Part shown: positions 18,510 through 29,594 of the stretch, in pieces
Layout: each line of letters begins with the position of its first letter
How positions within the stretch are numbered: position 1 is the first letter of the stretch
Assembly: GCA_043767805.1 (NCBI GenBank)
Contig: JAYUGC010000053.1
Span: 15,064-79,063, forward strand
DNA: 64,000 nucleotides
Reading direction: 5' to 3'
Origin: Pseudomonadota bacterium
Lineage (GTDB): Bacteria > Bdellovibrionota > FAC87 > UBA2466
The notes under the pieces: model-generated
What the model was told of the DNA's origin: nothing
The model's database searches: none
What the model saw: only the letters and a program-made list of their open reading frames with translations
Program-made: the position numbers and the translations under genes

Positions 18510-19508
18510 CTAAGCTTCCTTCTGCCGTCGTCTACGCTCTTTGGGATGGGCCTTCTCGTAAGATTTCTTGAGCCGCTGCAAATCGACCTGGGTGTACTTT
18601 TGCGTAGTTACCAAAGACTGATGACCGAGGAGCTCTTGAATCTCACGGAGCCCGGCGCCGCCCGAAAGCAAATGAGTCGCGCAAGAATGGCGTAGCGTGT
18701 GCGGCGTCACCTTCGCGCCGGCGGGTCCCAAGATTTCGATCGAGAAACGGCGGAGGGTTCGCTGCGTGCTCCGCACCGTGAACGCACCGCCACGGCCGTT
18801 CAAAAACAAGGGAGTATCCAATCCCTTTTTTTGAAAGGTCGGCACGGAATCGATGTAATCGCGGATCGCGTTCTGGCAATGACGGCCGAGCGGAACGACC
18901 CGTTCTTTGCTTCCCTTACCCAAAACGCGGATAAAGCCGCCGCGAAGATCGATCGCCTCGTATCTCAGGCCGATGAGTTCCGAAACGCGGATGCCGGTGG
19001 AATAAAGTAGCTCCACGATGGCCCGCATGCGTTTGTCGGGCAGGCGATCGGTCGGAATATTCTCGATGAGCTGCAAAACTTGCTCGGGCTTTAAAACGAC
19101 GGGAAGCTTCTCATGCGCTTTAGGAAGCGAGATGAGCTTCGCCACGTTCTTTTTGATGTACTCTTCCCGGTGCAGAAATTTCAAAAACCCTTTGATGACC
19201 GAAAGGCGGCGCGACACCGTGGTGCGCTCATACTGCTTCATCTCGGCGGAGACGAACTCACGAAGGAGCTTCAAATCAGTCATGCGATCCAAGATCGGCG
19301 CGCTCGTCGTCTGCGAGAAGAGGAACTTCAGCCAGCGGCGCAGATCGATCTGATAGTTAACGAGGGTATGCTTGCTGGAACGACGCTCGCCTTCCAGATA
19401 CGACAGATAGTCCTTAACCATCGCCGGAACGGGGACGGAAGGTTCTTTGGAGAAGAGATCTCGTTCAGCCATCGGCTTCATCTTGGTGGTCTTTTTCGGA
19501 AATAGCAA
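18510..19508 (-). CDS. tyrosine site-specific recombinase, XerC/XerD family
   Basis: C-terminal catalytic motifs R..(ELLYSTGIRVSEL), HTLRHSCATHLL, LGHQSLVTTQKYT (catalytic Tyr); N-terminal SAM-like domain. Confidence 0.8.
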   Translation of the reverse strand: MLFPKKTTKMKPMAERDLFSKEPSVPVPAMVKDYLSYLEGERRSSKHTLVNYQIDLRRWLKFLFSQTTSAPILDRMTDLKLLREFVSAEMKQYERTTVSRRLSVIKGFLKFLHREEYIKKNVAKLISLPKAHEKLPVVLKPEQVLQLIENIPTDRLPDKRMRAIVELLYSTGIRVSELIGLRYEAIDLRGGFIRVLGKGSKERVVPLGRHCQNAIRDYIDSVPTFQKKGLDTPLFLNGRGGAFTVRSTQRTLRRFSIEILGPAGAKVTPHTLRHSCATHLLSGGAGLREIQELLGHQSLVTTQKYTQVDLQRLKKSYEKAHPKERRRRQKEA

Positions 19509-19538
19509 TCCAGGGGGAATCCGGGATAGAATTTCGCC

Positions 19539-20273
19539 ATGAGTCGTCCGGTAAAAACTTTGGTTGGTCTCTTGGCCTTGTGGCTCGCAAGCCCCTTGCC
19601 CGCGAGCACCCTGCCCGGCGCGCTTGGTCCTTCCGACGTGGGCCGCATCGTCGAGATCATCGGTATCCCCGCCGTCGCCCGGCCCTTGCGCTCGGCGGAG
19701 GCGTATGCGACCTGGCCGGGCCTGAAACTCGGCTTCGAAGTTTTAGCCATCGGAGAACGAGGGCTAAACCTTTTGGGAAATGGAACTGGTACCCTCCCCA
19801 ATTTAAGTCCGGTGCCTCGTCTGTATCTCTCCAAGGGCCTTTTTTACGATTCCGAGATCACCATCAGCTTCTTCCCGACGAGCGAAGTCAATCCGGTGGC
19901 GACTCTCGGTGTCATCTTCAAATACTGTTTTTATCAGGAACAGGCGGATTGGCTGAGCATCGCGGGTTACCTCGGCTTCACGGACGTCGAAGCGTTTCGA
20001 TCGCAGTACCACGGTACCGACATCGAAGTCGGCGTCATCTTGAGTAAGGACTACGTTCGCATGAAGCCTTACCTTGGTCTCGCCATTCTCGTGGCCCGGG
20101 GAGAAGTGGACCGGGCGCTGCTGGCTTCCCGAGTTACCGACAACGACGCGTGGCAATCGACGTTGCACGCCTTTCTCGGCACCGAGTTCGAGCTCCCGCT
20201 CACCTTCGGCGCTCAAGTGGATCTCTTCAACTTATCCTTAGGGGCGAGCTTCTTCGTCGGGAAGAAGTTTTAA
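19539..20273 (+). CDS. secreted hypothetical protein, probable small outer-membrane beta-barrel
   Basis: Signal peptide; amphipathic beta pattern; C-terminal Phe (..FFVGKKF). Confidence 0.45.
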   Translation: MSRPVKTLVGLLALWLASPLPASTLPGALGPSDVGRIVEIIGIPAVARPLRSAEAYATWPGLKLGFEVLAIGERGLNLLGNGTGTLPNLSPVPRLYLSKGLFYDSEITISFFPTSEVNPVATLGVIFKYCFYQEQADWLSIAGYLGFTDVEAFRSQYHGTDIEVGVILSKDYVRMKPYLGLAILVARGEVDRALLASRVTDNDAWQSTLHAFLGTEFELPLTFGAQVDLFNLSLGASFFVGKKF

Positions 20274-20732
20274 GCGCTCGATGAGGCTCGTGGTGGAGAA
20301 CCCGGGCACTAAAGAGAGCACCCGCACTTCGCCGCCGCCCGCTTCGACGACCAGACGCTCGGGCAAATCTTCCACGCGATAATCGCCGCCTTTTACGTGG
20401 ATGCCGGGCTTGACCATTTCCAGAAACGCTTCGGGCGTCGCCTCTTCGAAAATGACGACGTAATCCACGCACTCGAGGGAAGCGATCTGGCGGGCACGCA
20501 CGAGCTCCGGATTGAGCGGCCGGGACGGGCCTTTCAATCGCTTCACGGAGGCGTCGCTATTTAAGCCCACGAGTAAAAGGTCGCCCAAGGCCTTTGCCTC
20601 GGTCAGGTATTGGATGTGGCCCCAGTGCAGAAGATCGAAGCAACCGTTAGTCGTAACCAACCGTTTCCCTTGGTCTTTCACCAATTTGGAAAGCGTCGGC
20701 AGCGTTGTGAAGGAAACGATCTTCTGGTCCAC
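20238..20732 (-). CDS. stand-alone cytidylyltransferase-like domain (HldE/RfaE domain II: heptose 1-phosphate adenylyltransferase)
   Basis: TNGCFDLLHWGHIQYL, LNSDASVKRLKG and KGGDY match the C-terminal domain of E. coli HldE. Confidence 0.75.
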   Translation of the reverse strand: MDQKIVSFTTLPTLSKLVKDQGKRLVTTNGCFDLLHWGHIQYLTEAKALGDLLLVGLNSDASVKRLKGPSRPLNPELVRARQIASLECVDYVVIFEEATPEAFLEMVKPGIHVKGGDYRVEDLPERLVVEAGGGEVRVLSLVPGFSTTSLIERLKLLPDEEARP

Positions 20733-20751
20733 GGCGCGAGCTTAGCCCGGA

Positions 20752-21705
20752 TCAGGCGGTGCGGCAAAGGTAGGAGCCCGAGAGCCAGTCCACCAGGTTC
20801 CGCCCCTTGACGCGAATGACGAGCAGCACGCTCGGAACTAAGAGCGCTTCGAAAACGAAGCTGGTCAAAACGCGCATGAGCTTTCGGGCGAAATGACTGT
20901 CTCCGGACTGGGTCGTGTAGCTGATGCGAAGTCCCCAAACCCACATGCCGAAAGTCATGTCTAGGATGCCGACGCCGAGCACGAGGTAACTCATCCAAAG
21001 CGTGGCAAATCCTAAAATGGCGAACCGAAGGTAAGCCGGGTGCTTCATATTCGTAATCAAGCCTTGAGACAGCACGCCCCCTTCTTTGGAAAGAACGGCC
21101 GAGGTAATGAGAAGCACGACGGCGAGCAGGGTCAAAACGAACGCCTGGTCGATCATGCCCGCGAGCAGGCGGCGAAAGAAGGACGCTTGCGGCACGGGAG
21201 GAGGCAACGCCTTGGTCTCTTCCTGGGTTTCCTGAAGCGCGCGCTCCACATCGGCCGCGCGATCGGCTTTGCGTTCCGCGAAAACGGAACGTTGTGGAAT
21301 CTCCTTGATGACCGGAGCCGGGTTCATGACGGGTACGGGCTTCGGCACCACTTCTTCCCGGCGCGCTTCCACGCGCGGACGCTCGGGAACGAGCGGCGGG
21401 GAATTTTCCGTCGGAAAGGAATCAAAAAATTTGGTGGCGTCCGGAACGGGCACGCGGCCCGCAGCGCGCGCCGCGAGAGTAGCGGGTTTAGGGGCGGGAG
21501 CTTTGGGAGCGGGAGCTTCTTTCTTGGGAGGATTTCCCGCAAGGCCCAAGCCGTCGGTGAGCGGGCGAAATGCGCGGCCGAAGTGAGATTCTCCGCCGGC
21601 TTCTTCGAGCTCGTCGGCTAAAAACTTTTGAAGCTCGACTAGGCTCATCAGCCCAGTCTCTTCGGGAAATGGCTCGTTCCGGTGTTTGTCTCTTGGCGTT
21701 TCCAC
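20752..21705 (-). CDS. RDD-family membrane protein with a Pro/Ala-rich N-terminal region
   Basis: C-terminal RDD-like region (RRLLAGMIDQAFVLTLLAV...) with 3 TM segments; low-complexity PAPKAPAPKPA linker. Confidence 0.5.
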   Translation of the reverse strand: METPRDKHRNEPFPEETGLMSLVELQKFLADELEEAGGESHFGRAFRPLTDGLGLAGNPPKKEAPAPKAPAPKPATLAARAAGRVPVPDATKFFDSFPTENSPPLVPERPRVEARREEVVPKPVPVMNPAPVIKEIPQRSVFAERKADRAADVERALQETQEETKALPPPVPQASFFRRLLAGMIDQAFVLTLLAVVLLITSAVLSKEGGVLSQGLITNMKHPAYLRFAILGFATLWMSYLVLGVGILDMTFGMWVWGLRISYTTQSGDSHFARKLMRVLTSFVFEALLVPSVLLVIRVKGRNLVDWLSGSYLCRTA

Positions 21706-21809
21706 GAAGCTCCGACTTTCAGGGGATATCCCTATTAAGCCAAAGGCCGCGAATTAAGTAAACGACCTGGACGCCGACACGGCGAGCCATTTCCCTCGAG
21801 AGCCTTAAA

Positions 21810-22328
21810 TTACATCGCGAAGATGACGCCGAGCTGGGGCTGGAACACGCCCGTGCCCCCGATGACGCCGAAACGCGCTTCCGCGTTCAACGCGACCGAT
21901 TTGCCGAGCTCCACGTTCACGCCCGGGCGAAAGAGAAGACCAAACTCAGCCGAGGAGCCGGGGCCCGTCGAGAACACGGGTCCAATCATCGCCCCAATAA
22001 GCGGGTGAACGGCGGAGTCGATCTCGAACAAATAATACGCCTGGGCGAGAAGTGGAATCGTGACCGAGGAAGGCGTGCTGTTGAAGTAAACGCCGACTTC
22101 GCCGCCGTAGTAGAGGGGGGTGTCCGCGTTATGACGCCAGCTCATGCCCGCGGTGACTCCAGGAGACGTCACGCCGCTGCTGGAAAGCAATGCGGCGTCG
22201 ACCGTGACCGTGCGGCCGCTCGTATCGGGGCCGCCCGTCGTTTCCGAGACGCCGCCTCTGGCGGCCTGAACGGAAACCGAGAGAAAACTGAAACCCAGTA
22301 AAGCTAACATCAAAATTCGCTGCTTCAT
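21810..22328 (-). CDS. small secreted beta-barrel outer membrane protein (OmpW/OmpA-like)
   Basis: Signal peptide MKQRILMLALLGFSFLSVSVQA; alternating pattern; C-terminal F-x-M. Confidence 0.45.
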   Translation of the reverse strand: MKQRILMLALLGFSFLSVSVQAARGGVSETTGGPDTSGRTVTVDAALLSSSGVTSPGVTAGMSWRHNADTPLYYGGEVGVYFNSTPSSVTIPLLAQAYYLFEIDSAVHPLIGAMIGPVFSTGPGSSAEFGLLFRPGVNVELGKSVALNAEARFGVIGGTGVFQPQLGVIFAM

Positions 22329-22491
22329 CGACGCATCCTTTTGGTTGGGAACGCGGAAAAACCGCGTCCACGTTTTGCCAAAGGCGGAGCAAAAGTCAGG
22401 CCAGCTCTTTTAGCCAGGCCCCTGTCTCATCCTAGATACGACTGCAGCGGAACCGTCTCCAAAAAGAATCAGCACTCGCCGCCACACAAGT

Positions 22492-23211
22492 GTGTTGAAT
22501 TTGGAACGCGCCTTGCACCACGCGGAAATCATGATGGGCCATTTACACCTTCCCCAAAAAGAATCTCGAAAATTTCCTGAAACCCGCGTTCCTCCCTCGC
22601 TGCATTTTCCGCGGCGGCCGTGGACCGTACCGCCCACGGAGATCGCGCCTCGCTCAGGCGTGGCTTTCGTCATGAAGGCGGGGCAGAAGCTCAAAGTAGT
22701 CGACGTGCTCGGCGAGCAAGTTGCCGACCTCATCTGCTTCAACGCCACCGAGATTCAAGAAGTCCTCTCGTCGGGACGAACCATCGATTACAACGGCACC
22801 CTTTATCCGAAGCAGGGCGATAAGTTTTATTCCAACCGCAGCCGCCCGATGTTCACGCTCACCGAAGATACGGTGGGCCGTCATGATTTTCTTTTCACGC
22901 CTTGCAGCTCCGATACGTTTCGCATCCTCTACGGCCACGAGCACCCTCATCAAGGATGCGAGGGCAATCTCGCGGGAGTGCTCGCAAAATACGGTATTCG
23001 GCCCGACGCGATTCCAACCACCTTCAACGTTTTCATGAACGTGGATTTGGAGCCCGACACGGGAAAGCTGACGGTGAAGCCGCCCAAAAGCCGCGCGGGC
23101 GATTACATCGTCATCGAGAGCCACATGGATCTCATCGTTGGCCTCACCGCCTGCTCGGCAGAGCAGTCCAATAACTATTCCTTCAAGCCGATTCAGTACG
23201 AGATCTTTTAA
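22492..23211 (+). CDS. conserved hypothetical protein (possibly DUF1989-like)
   Basis: 239-codon ORF; start uncertain (internal Mets at 22531 and 22672). Confidence 0.35.
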   Translation: MLNLERALHHAEIMMGHLHLPQKESRKFPETRVPPSLHFPRRPWTVPPTEIAPRSGVAFVMKAGQKLKVVDVLGEQVADLICFNATEIQEVLSSGRTIDYNGTLYPKQGDKFYSNRSRPMFTLTEDTVGRHDFLFTPCSSDTFRILYGHEHPHQGCEGNLAGVLAKYGIRPDAIPTTFNVFMNVDLEPDTGKLTVKPPKSRAGDYIVIESHMDLIVGLTACSAEQSNNYSFKPIQYEIF

Positions 23212-24032
23212 GTCTCGGTCCAGGGAAAGAGATCGAAGTTTACCTGGAAGGCTTGCTCGGGCGGCGCCTTTTCAATCCAAGGATCGATCTCTCTTAGAAA
23301 CTCGAGAAACCTCGACTGCACTTTCTTGTAAGTTTCCTGATTGGCCGAGAATGCCATGGAAAACCCGTACGCCTTCTCACGCGGCAAAGCTTGCAGCCTT
23401 TGCAGGGCGAGAAGCCGCACTTGGTTTCTCCACGCGACATAGGCAGCCGAATCCCGAGGCAGGTGAATATTTCTCACCTGCACCCGCATCTTCTCGCCTT
23501 CTCGTTTCACGAGCCCCATGCGCTCCAAGTTATCGAGCACCGGCAAAAGCATCTGCGGATGCAGCCCCAATTCAGTGGCGAGCAAAGTAGGATTCGCGCG
23601 ATAGCGATCGATGGAGAGGCAAATATGAACGACCTGATGAATCGGCTGTAGGTAATACTCGATAATGCCTTCTTCGGTCGCGAGCACCGGCCGATTGGCG
23701 AGGGACTTCTCCGATTTGAGATTAGCCTCCTGAATCGCACTCACCGCCTTCTGCAATTTCTTGCGTCGATCGGGCAACCCCGTGCGAGCGAGCTCGAGCA
23801 GCAGGTCTAGGTAGTGCGTCTCTTCTTCCGTCAAACCTAGAGCACGCGCTGCCATAAAGAGCTGGTCGGTGCTCAAGTGAGCGTCCCCTTTGAGTACCTT
23901 CGAGAGGTACGGCTTCTGGACGTGAATCTCCTCGGCAAGCCGCTGGAAGGTGTAGGAGCGATCGATACGTTTTCGTTCCTCAACAGTTTCCTTCAATATT
24001 TCTCGATAATTAGAGCTACTAAAAACATTCAT
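23208..24032 (-). CDS. HTH-containing hypothetical protein, TIGR02147/DUF4423-like
   Basis: N-terminal HTH-like SYTFQRLAEEIHVQKPYLSKVLKG; the family is recalled from Bdellovibrio/Fibrobacter paralogous families (memory-based). Confidence 0.4.
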   Translation of the reverse strand: MNVFSSSNYREILKETVEERKRIDRSYTFQRLAEEIHVQKPYLSKVLKGDAHLSTDQLFMAARALGLTEEETHYLDLLLELARTGLPDRRKKLQKAVSAIQEANLKSEKSLANRPVLATEEGIIEYYLQPIHQVVHICLSIDRYRANPTLLATELGLHPQMLLPVLDNLERMGLVKREGEKMRVQVRNIHLPRDSAAYVAWRNQVRLLALQRLQALPREKAYGFSMAFSANQETYKKVQSRFLEFLREIDPWIEKAPPEQAFQVNFDLFPWTET

Positions 24033-24171
24033 GTCTTGGTTTCCAATCAGGAAACTTATAGCACATTATGAATTACTTTTTAATATACCTGGGCCTCTGA
24101 AAACCCCTATATCTCCTCCCACGATTTGGCCCTGGAATCGGAAAACTCGAATCTCTATAAAGGAGCGAATT

Positions 24172-25080
24172 ATGAAACGTGTCATCTTACTCAGCTGCTT
24201 CACTGCCCTCTCGGCCATGGCCACCACCGGCGATAAATCCTCGGGCGGCGGAGACCCTTTACGCTTCGATTTCGAACAGGGAAAGGACCAGGCCATCTTC
24301 ATCTTGGACAACCTTTCCGAAGCGTCTTTCGACAAAGCCTCCGTCGAAGTGCGCAAGTACCTGCTCGAGTACCGCGGTAAATTATCCGGCGACTTGAAGA
24401 AGGCGCCTCTCGATTGGGATGCCCCGCAGTCTCAGAAGACCTGCGCGCATACCGACTTTCGCGAAAACGCCAAGATCGAGCTCTCGTTCGATAAATGCCG
24501 CGGGCGCATTTACTCGAAAGAAGACGCGGCCAAAACGCTCATTCACGAAGCCAGTCATCATTGGGGCGTGACGGACGAAACTTTCGCCGACCAGGTGGCC
24601 CTCGCGGCGTACGCGGCTTGGGAATCGAAGAAACTCGCCTCCATCCCGACCTGCCAAGGCCACGAGCTCATCGCCGAAGCGCTTCCCGGAGAGTGGCAAG
24701 TCAACAACGGCATCAGCCGGCTCTTGCCTGGTGGCGTACCCACGAAGTTCCAGACTCTTAAGTTAACGAACGATCCGACGGCGATTGCGAAAATTCCTGG
24801 CGTCGGCCTCTGTTCTTTCGTCTCGGGGGTTATGACGTTCGAGGAAAACGGAAAGGCCGTTTATGGCCCTCTTCCGTACATGCTGACCGAAGCGCACGGA
24901 AAACTCTTCCTAATGTCGTTCAAGGACGGCGGCGATGGCACCTTCAACTCCGAAGCGAACATGGTCACCTACTTCACGGAACGTGCGAAAGCGCCCCGAG
25001 GTGTGCTTTTCGTGGGCGGAGATCATGACGACGAGTCCGTCACCGCGTATGAGAAAAAGGCGCCGCTGAAAAAGCCCTAG
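24172..25080 (+). CDS. secreted hypothetical protein with an HExxH-like motif
   Basis: RBS AAGGAG; signal peptide MKRVILLSCFTALSAMA; LIHEASHHWG motif; start taken at the internal ATG at 24172. Confidence 0.5.
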   Translation: MKRVILLSCFTALSAMATTGDKSSGGGDPLRFDFEQGKDQAIFILDNLSEASFDKASVEVRKYLLEYRGKLSGDLKKAPLDWDAPQSQKTCAHTDFRENAKIELSFDKCRGRIYSKEDAAKTLIHEASHHWGVTDETFADQVALAAYAAWESKKLASIPTCQGHELIAEALPGEWQVNNGISRLLPGGVPTKFQTLKLTNDPTAIAKIPGVGLCSFVSGVMTFEENGKAVYGPLPYMLTEAHGKLFLMSFKDGGDGTFNSEANMVTYFTERAKAPRGVLFVGGDHDDESVTAYEKKAPLKKP

Positions 25081-28000
25081 CCGAAATCAAAGCCCAAGAG
25101 GCCGCACACGCGCTGGATCTCTCTCAACTGTGAGCTCCACGACGTGTCGGCCGCTTCGAAGACCAGCTTCTGATCGGGCGTGACGGAGAACTTCTTCGAC
25201 TTGTCCGACACGAGTTTCACGATGCTCTCGGGCGTCACTGGTGTTGTCGAGGCGAACTGTAACGAGGTTCGCTTCGGCCCAACCCCCATCCGCACGACAT
25301 GGAGGCGCTTCAGATAGAGCTTAATCCGCATTAACCCGAGGAGGTTAGCCACTTCCTCGGGCGGCGGACCAAACCGGTCACGCACTTCCCGCTCGGTCTC
25401 CGCCACTTGCCCTTCCTGCTCCACGCTCGACAATCGACGATATAAGTTGATGCGCTCGGTGATGTCCGGAATATAGTACTCGGGAAAGAAGGCCGGGATA
25501 CGAAGGTTGATCTCGGGCTCCACTTCGATTCGCCGCTCCTGCCCGCGTAGCTCACGCATGGAGTCTTCCAAAAGCTCGAAGTAGTAGTCGACGCCGATGG
25601 CGGTGAGATAGCCCGACTGGTCGGAGCCCAAAAGATCGCCCGCGCCTCTTAGCTCTAGATCGTGGCTCGCCACCTGAAAGCCCGCGCCCAGATCGGTGTA
25701 GCGCTGGAGAACTTGAAGACGCTCTTTGGCGTCTTCCGTGATCTGGGCCTCGTCGTGAACGAGCAGATAGCAATAAGCCCGGCGCTCCGATCGGCCGACT
25801 CGCCCCCGCAGCTGATAGAGCTGGGCCAAACCGAAATGATCCGCGCGGTCGATGAGGATAGTGTTGGCGCGGGAGATATCGAGTCCCGACTCGATGATGG
25901 CGGTGGAAAGCAAAATCTTCGCGTCTCCCTGATAGAACGCGAGCATTCGCTTCTCGAGCACATCCGCATCCATCTGGCCATGGACGACCTCGATGCGAAC
26001 GCGCGGTAAGAGCTTTTGCAGCTCTTGGGCGACCTTTGCTTGAGTCTCGATGCGGTTATGGACGAAAAAGACCTGCCCGTCGCGGGCAAGCTCGTTACTG
26101 ACCGCTTCGGCGATGAGCTCGTCCGTGCGGCGAGCGACGAAGGTACGAACCGATAGCCGGTCGGGGGGAGGCGTCGTGATGATGGAGATATCCTTGATTC
26201 CGCTCATGGCCATGTTGAGCGTGCGCGGTATGGGGGTAGCCGTCATGGTCAGGTAATGTACGGACTCCGAAATCTTCTTAAGCCGCTCTTTGTGAATGAC
26301 ACCAAAACGATGTTCCTCGTCAACAATCACCAGGCCCAGGGCCTTGAACTCGACGTCGGTCGAAAGGATGCGGTGCGTGCCGATGATGATGTCGATGCTG
26401 CCCTCTTTGAGGTGCTGCAAGGTGAGCTTTGTTTCGCTATTGGTGCGCAGGCGGCTGATCATCTCGACTTTGGCGCCGCTGGGCAAAAACCGCTTCTTGA
26501 AGTTCTCGAAATGCTGAAAGGCGAGCACGGTCGTGGGAACGAGAATCGCGACTTGTTTACCGTCGTTGATGGCGCGGAAGGTGGCACGCATGGCGACTTC
26601 CGTCTTGCCGTAGCCCACGTCGCCGCAAATGAGCCGATCCATGGGGTGTGATTTTCCCAAATCCGCCATTACGTCGTTGATGGCCTTCATCTGATCGGGA
26701 GTCTCGTCGAAAGCGAACTCCATCTCGAACTGCGCGTACTCTTTGCCGGTGGGCGGGAAAGCGTGCGCGGGGATGAGCCGGCGCTTCGCCTGCATTTTCA
26801 AGAACTCGGCGGCGAGTAGCGCCACCGCTTTCTGCGCTTTTCGTTTAGCTTTCGTCCAGCGCTCTCCGCCAAGCTTATCGACCGAAAGAGAGCCCGCCCC
26901 CTCGCCGCCGACGTACTTCTGCAAAACGTTCAAGCGGTAGATGGGGACGTAGAGCTTGTCGCCGTCCTTATATTCGAGCACGACGAAATCGTTCGGCACT
27001 TCCTGAACGAGCATGGATTTCAGGCCCATGTATTTGCCGATGCCATGCTCCTTATGCACGACGAGGTCGCCTGTCTTCAGATCGCGAAAGGATTGCAGCA
27101 GGCGAGCCGGGTCCGCTTTCGAAGTCCAGGACGCGGCCTTCGCGGGACGCTTCTTCTGGCCGAAAACTTCTTCCTCACTGAGAACGACTAGTTTCAGCTC
27201 CGGGTACACCTGGCTGTGGGATACAAACCCCTGCCAAAGATGCACGTCACCGAAATCTTCCTCGAGCATCTCGTCGAGCGGAGCCTCCTCGCTTAGGTGA
27301 TGCGTGCAAGAAATGTCGTAAGGCTCAATGAGCATCTGAAACCGCTCGGCGTGCGTGCGCGTGTGGCAGACGAGATTTACTCGGTAACCCAGATCCATCC
27401 ATTCTTTGATTTTCTGAGAGGCCCCGAAAAGCAAAGCCTGGGAGCCCTTGCCGGGATTTGAGCTCTGAAGACGCGCTTCGCTCCGCTTAATCGGTATTTC
27501 AGAGGCATGTCCCGAGGCAAAGGTTTCGAAGCTCGCATTCGAGCGCTCGGCAATGAGCGCCTTGTACTCGGCGAGCGTGACGAAAAGCTCGTTCTTCTTC
27601 GCAATCGGGATGGGCTCTTTTTCGTAGAGCTCGTAGTTCTTATCGAGGGCGGGAATCTCGGTGTCTTCGGCAATGGATGCCGATTGCGCGAATCCATCCC
27701 AGAGTAGAAAGGTATCCTTCGGAAAATATTCGAGTGGGCTCGCCGATCCTTTAGAGAGCAGTGGAAAGAGAAGGCCCAGCTCCGGAAAACTCTGGTGATT
27801 GGCGATCTTCTCTAAAATCTCCTCGCGGCGGTGTTTCGCTACCCCCAGGTTGTCGAGCCGCTCTTTGATGCGAAGAGACGCGTCTTGAAAGGCCTCTCCG
27901 TGAGGCAGGAGTGTTTGCCCGACGGGAACAACGAGCGCCGTTTCCACCTTTTCGGCGGAAAGCTGACTCTGCGGATCGAAGAAGCGAATCTCTTCGACGA

Positions 28001-28595
28001 GATCGCCGAAGAACTCCAAACGAAACGGCTTGGGATAGAGCGGGCAAAAAATATCGATGACGCCGCCGCGAATCGCAAAGACACCGGGGTCATAGGCGGA
28101 CGGCTGATTTTGATAGCCCGCTTCGTGGAGTGAAAGAATGAACTTATCGCGGTCGAGCTCTTCGTTACTTCTCAACGTCACTACCGAGCGGCGAAACTCC
28201 TCGCGAGGCACGACTTTCTGCAAAACCGAACGGACCGTCGTGAAAAAGACCCGGCCCTCGGGGTCGGTCATCGCATGGTAGAGCGAAACATTTCGCTCAA
28301 ATAGCGTTTCGGGATTGGGAAGTAACCCCCGGTAGAAATCGAAATCGACGCAAGGCAGGTAGTGCGCGTGCTTGCCGCTTCTTCCGCCCGCGAAAAAACA
28401 GAAGTTGTCGAGCGCGTTGCGGGCCGCTGAGCGCGACGGCAACACGACGACGATAGGCCGGCGGATTCTCTGGGCAAGCGCGGATACCGCCAAAGCCTTT
28501 GAGAGCTCGTCGAATCCGGCGAAGCGGGAACCCGCCTTCGGCGCTCCTTCGCCTTCCATCAACCATTTTTCAAAGGTGAGATCGCCGGAAGCCAC
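25077..28595 (-). CDS. mfd: transcription-repair coupling factor
   Basis: 1172 aa; UvrB-homology N-terminus; superfamily-2 helicase motifs ([26 protein letters not shown]); TRCF C-terminal domain. Confidence 0.9.
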   Translation of the reverse strand: MASGDLTFEKWLMEGEGAPKAGSRFAGFDELSKALAVSALAQRIRRPIVVVLPSRSAARNALDNFCFFAGGRSGKHAHYLPCVDFDFYRGLLPNPETLFERNVSLYHAMTDPEGRVFFTTVRSVLQKVVPREEFRRSVVTLRSNEELDRDKFILSLHEAGYQNQPSAYDPGVFAIRGGVIDIFCPLYPKPFRLEFFGDLVEEIRFFDPQSQLSAEKVETALVVPVGQTLLPHGEAFQDASLRIKERLDNLGVAKHRREEILEKIANHQSFPELGLLFPLLSKGSASPLEYFPKDTFLLWDGFAQSASIAEDTEIPALDKNYELYEKEPIPIAKKNELFVTLAEYKALIAERSNASFETFASGHASEIPIKRSEARLQSSNPGKGSQALLFGASQKIKEWMDLGYRVNLVCHTRTHAERFQMLIEPYDISCTHHLSEEAPLDEMLEEDFGDVHLWQGFVSHSQVYPELKLVVLSEEEVFGQKKRPAKAASWTSKADPARLLQSFRDLKTGDLVVHKEHGIGKYMGLKSMLVQEVPNDFVVLEYKDGDKLYVPIYRLNVLQKYVGGEGAGSLSVDKLGGERWTKAKRKAQKAVALLAAEFLKMQAKRRLIPAHAFPPTGKEYAQFEMEFAFDETPDQMKAINDVMADLGKSHPMDRLICGDVGYGKTEVAMRATFRAINDGKQVAILVPTTVLAFQHFENFKKRFLPSGAKVEMISRLRTNSETKLTLQHLKEGSIDIIIGTHRILSTDVEFKALGLVIVDEEHRFGVIHKERLKKISESVHYLTMTATPIPRTLNMAMSGIKDISIITTPPPDRLSVRTFVARRTDELIAEAVSNELARDGQVFFVHNRIETQAKVAQELQKLLPRVRIEVVHGQMDADVLEKRMLAFYQGDAKILLSTAIIESGLDISRANTILIDRADHFGLAQLYQLRGRVGRSERRAYCYLLVHDEAQITEDAKERLQVLQRYTDLGAGFQVASHDLELRGAGDLLGSDQSGYLTAIGVDYYFELLEDSMRELRGQERRIEVEPEINLRIPAFFPEYYIPDITERINLYRRLSSVEQEGQVAETEREVRDRFGPPPEEVANLLGLMRIKLYLKRLHVVRMGVGPKRTSLQFASTTPVTPESIVKLVSDKSKKFSVTPDQKLVFEAADTSWSSQLREIQRVCGLLGFDFG

Positions 28596-29594
28596 TTACG
28601 CCCATTCGTGTTTGAGATCGCGGCTCATGAGCTCGGAGACCGCTCTTTGAGGCGTGCTGCCTTCGTACAGAATTCGATATACCTGATCCATGATCGGCAT
28701 GTCGATGCCCCGGCTCGCGGCAAGTTCGTGCGCCGACTGCGCGGTGTAATAACCTTCGGCGACACCGCCCAAAGCTTTCTGCGCTTCTTCCAGACGTTTC
28801 CCCTCGGCAAGTAAAACGCCGAGCTTCCGGTTACGACTCAAAGGACCCGTGCAGGTCAAAACTAAATCGCCCATCCCGGCGAGTCCCAGGAAAGTGCGCG
28901 GATCGGCGCCGAGTTGTTTTCCGGCGCGCGCCATCTCGGCGATGCCGCGGTTGATGATCGCGGCTTGTGCGTTGTAGCCAAGCTGAAGGCCGCTCACCAT
29001 GCCGGACGCAATCGCAATCACGTTCTTCAAAGCGCCCGCGAGCTCAACCCCGATGACGTCCTGGCTCCAGTAAGCGCGAAAGTAAGGCGTCGCCATCATC
29101 TTCTGCAAATCACCCGCGAGTTTTTCATCGCGGCACGCGACGGTGACCGCGGTGGGAAGCCGCTTCACGGTTTCCAAAGCAAAGCTAGGTCCGGAGACGA
29201 TGAGATATTTCGCTTCCGGAATGATCTCCGTGAAAATCTCGCTTACCCGCTTGTGAGTTGCGATCTCGATGCCCTTACAAGTATTGACGATGTTTTTACC
29301 CGAGACCTGGGCCGCGATGGGCCCAAACACGTTTCGGATTTGCTGAGTGGGAATCGCGCAGACGATCCAAGAGGTCGTGGCAATGAGCGCGTTGAGATCC
29401 GTCGACGCTTTCAGCGTTTCATTGAGCCGGAGGCCCGCGAGGTATTTCGGATTTTCGTGGCGCTCATGGATCGAGCGGGCAAGTTCCGCGTCCCGGCTCC
29501 AGAGCGTTACCGGGTGACCCGCGTCGGCGAAAACATTCGCCATCGCCGTTCCCCACGCTCCTGCTCCGACGACAACGACTGGCTGCTTATCCAT
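28596..29594 (-). CDS. gpsA: NAD(P)H-dependent glycerol-3-phosphate dehydrogenase
   Basis: VVVVGAGAWGTA Rossmann motif; KGIE and GPSFA motifs. Confidence 0.85.
   Translation of the reverse strand: MDKQPVVVVGAGAWGTAMANVFADAGHPVTLWSRDAELARSIHERHENPKYLAGLRLNETLKASTDLNALIATTSWIVCAIPTQQIRNVFGPIAAQVSGKNIVNTCKGIEIATHKRVSEIFTEIIPEAKYLIVSGPSFALETVKRLPTAVTVACRDEKLAGDLQKMMATPYFRAYWSQDVIGVELAGALKNVIAIASGMVSGLQLGYNAQAAIINRGIAEMARAGKQLGADPRTFLGLAGMGDLVLTCTGPLSRNRKLGVLLAEGKRLEEAQKALGGVAEGYYTAQSAHELAASRGIDMPIMDQVYRILYEGSTPQRAVSELMSRDLKHEWA

Noticed and set aside
18510-19508. XerC/XerD-type tyrosine recombinase as a marker of an integrated mobile element
   Set aside because: There are no flanking phage, IS or conjugation genes, no direct repeats and no tRNA adjacent. 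The neighbours are ordinary secreted-protein genes. It is most simply a chromosomal dimer-resolution recombinase.
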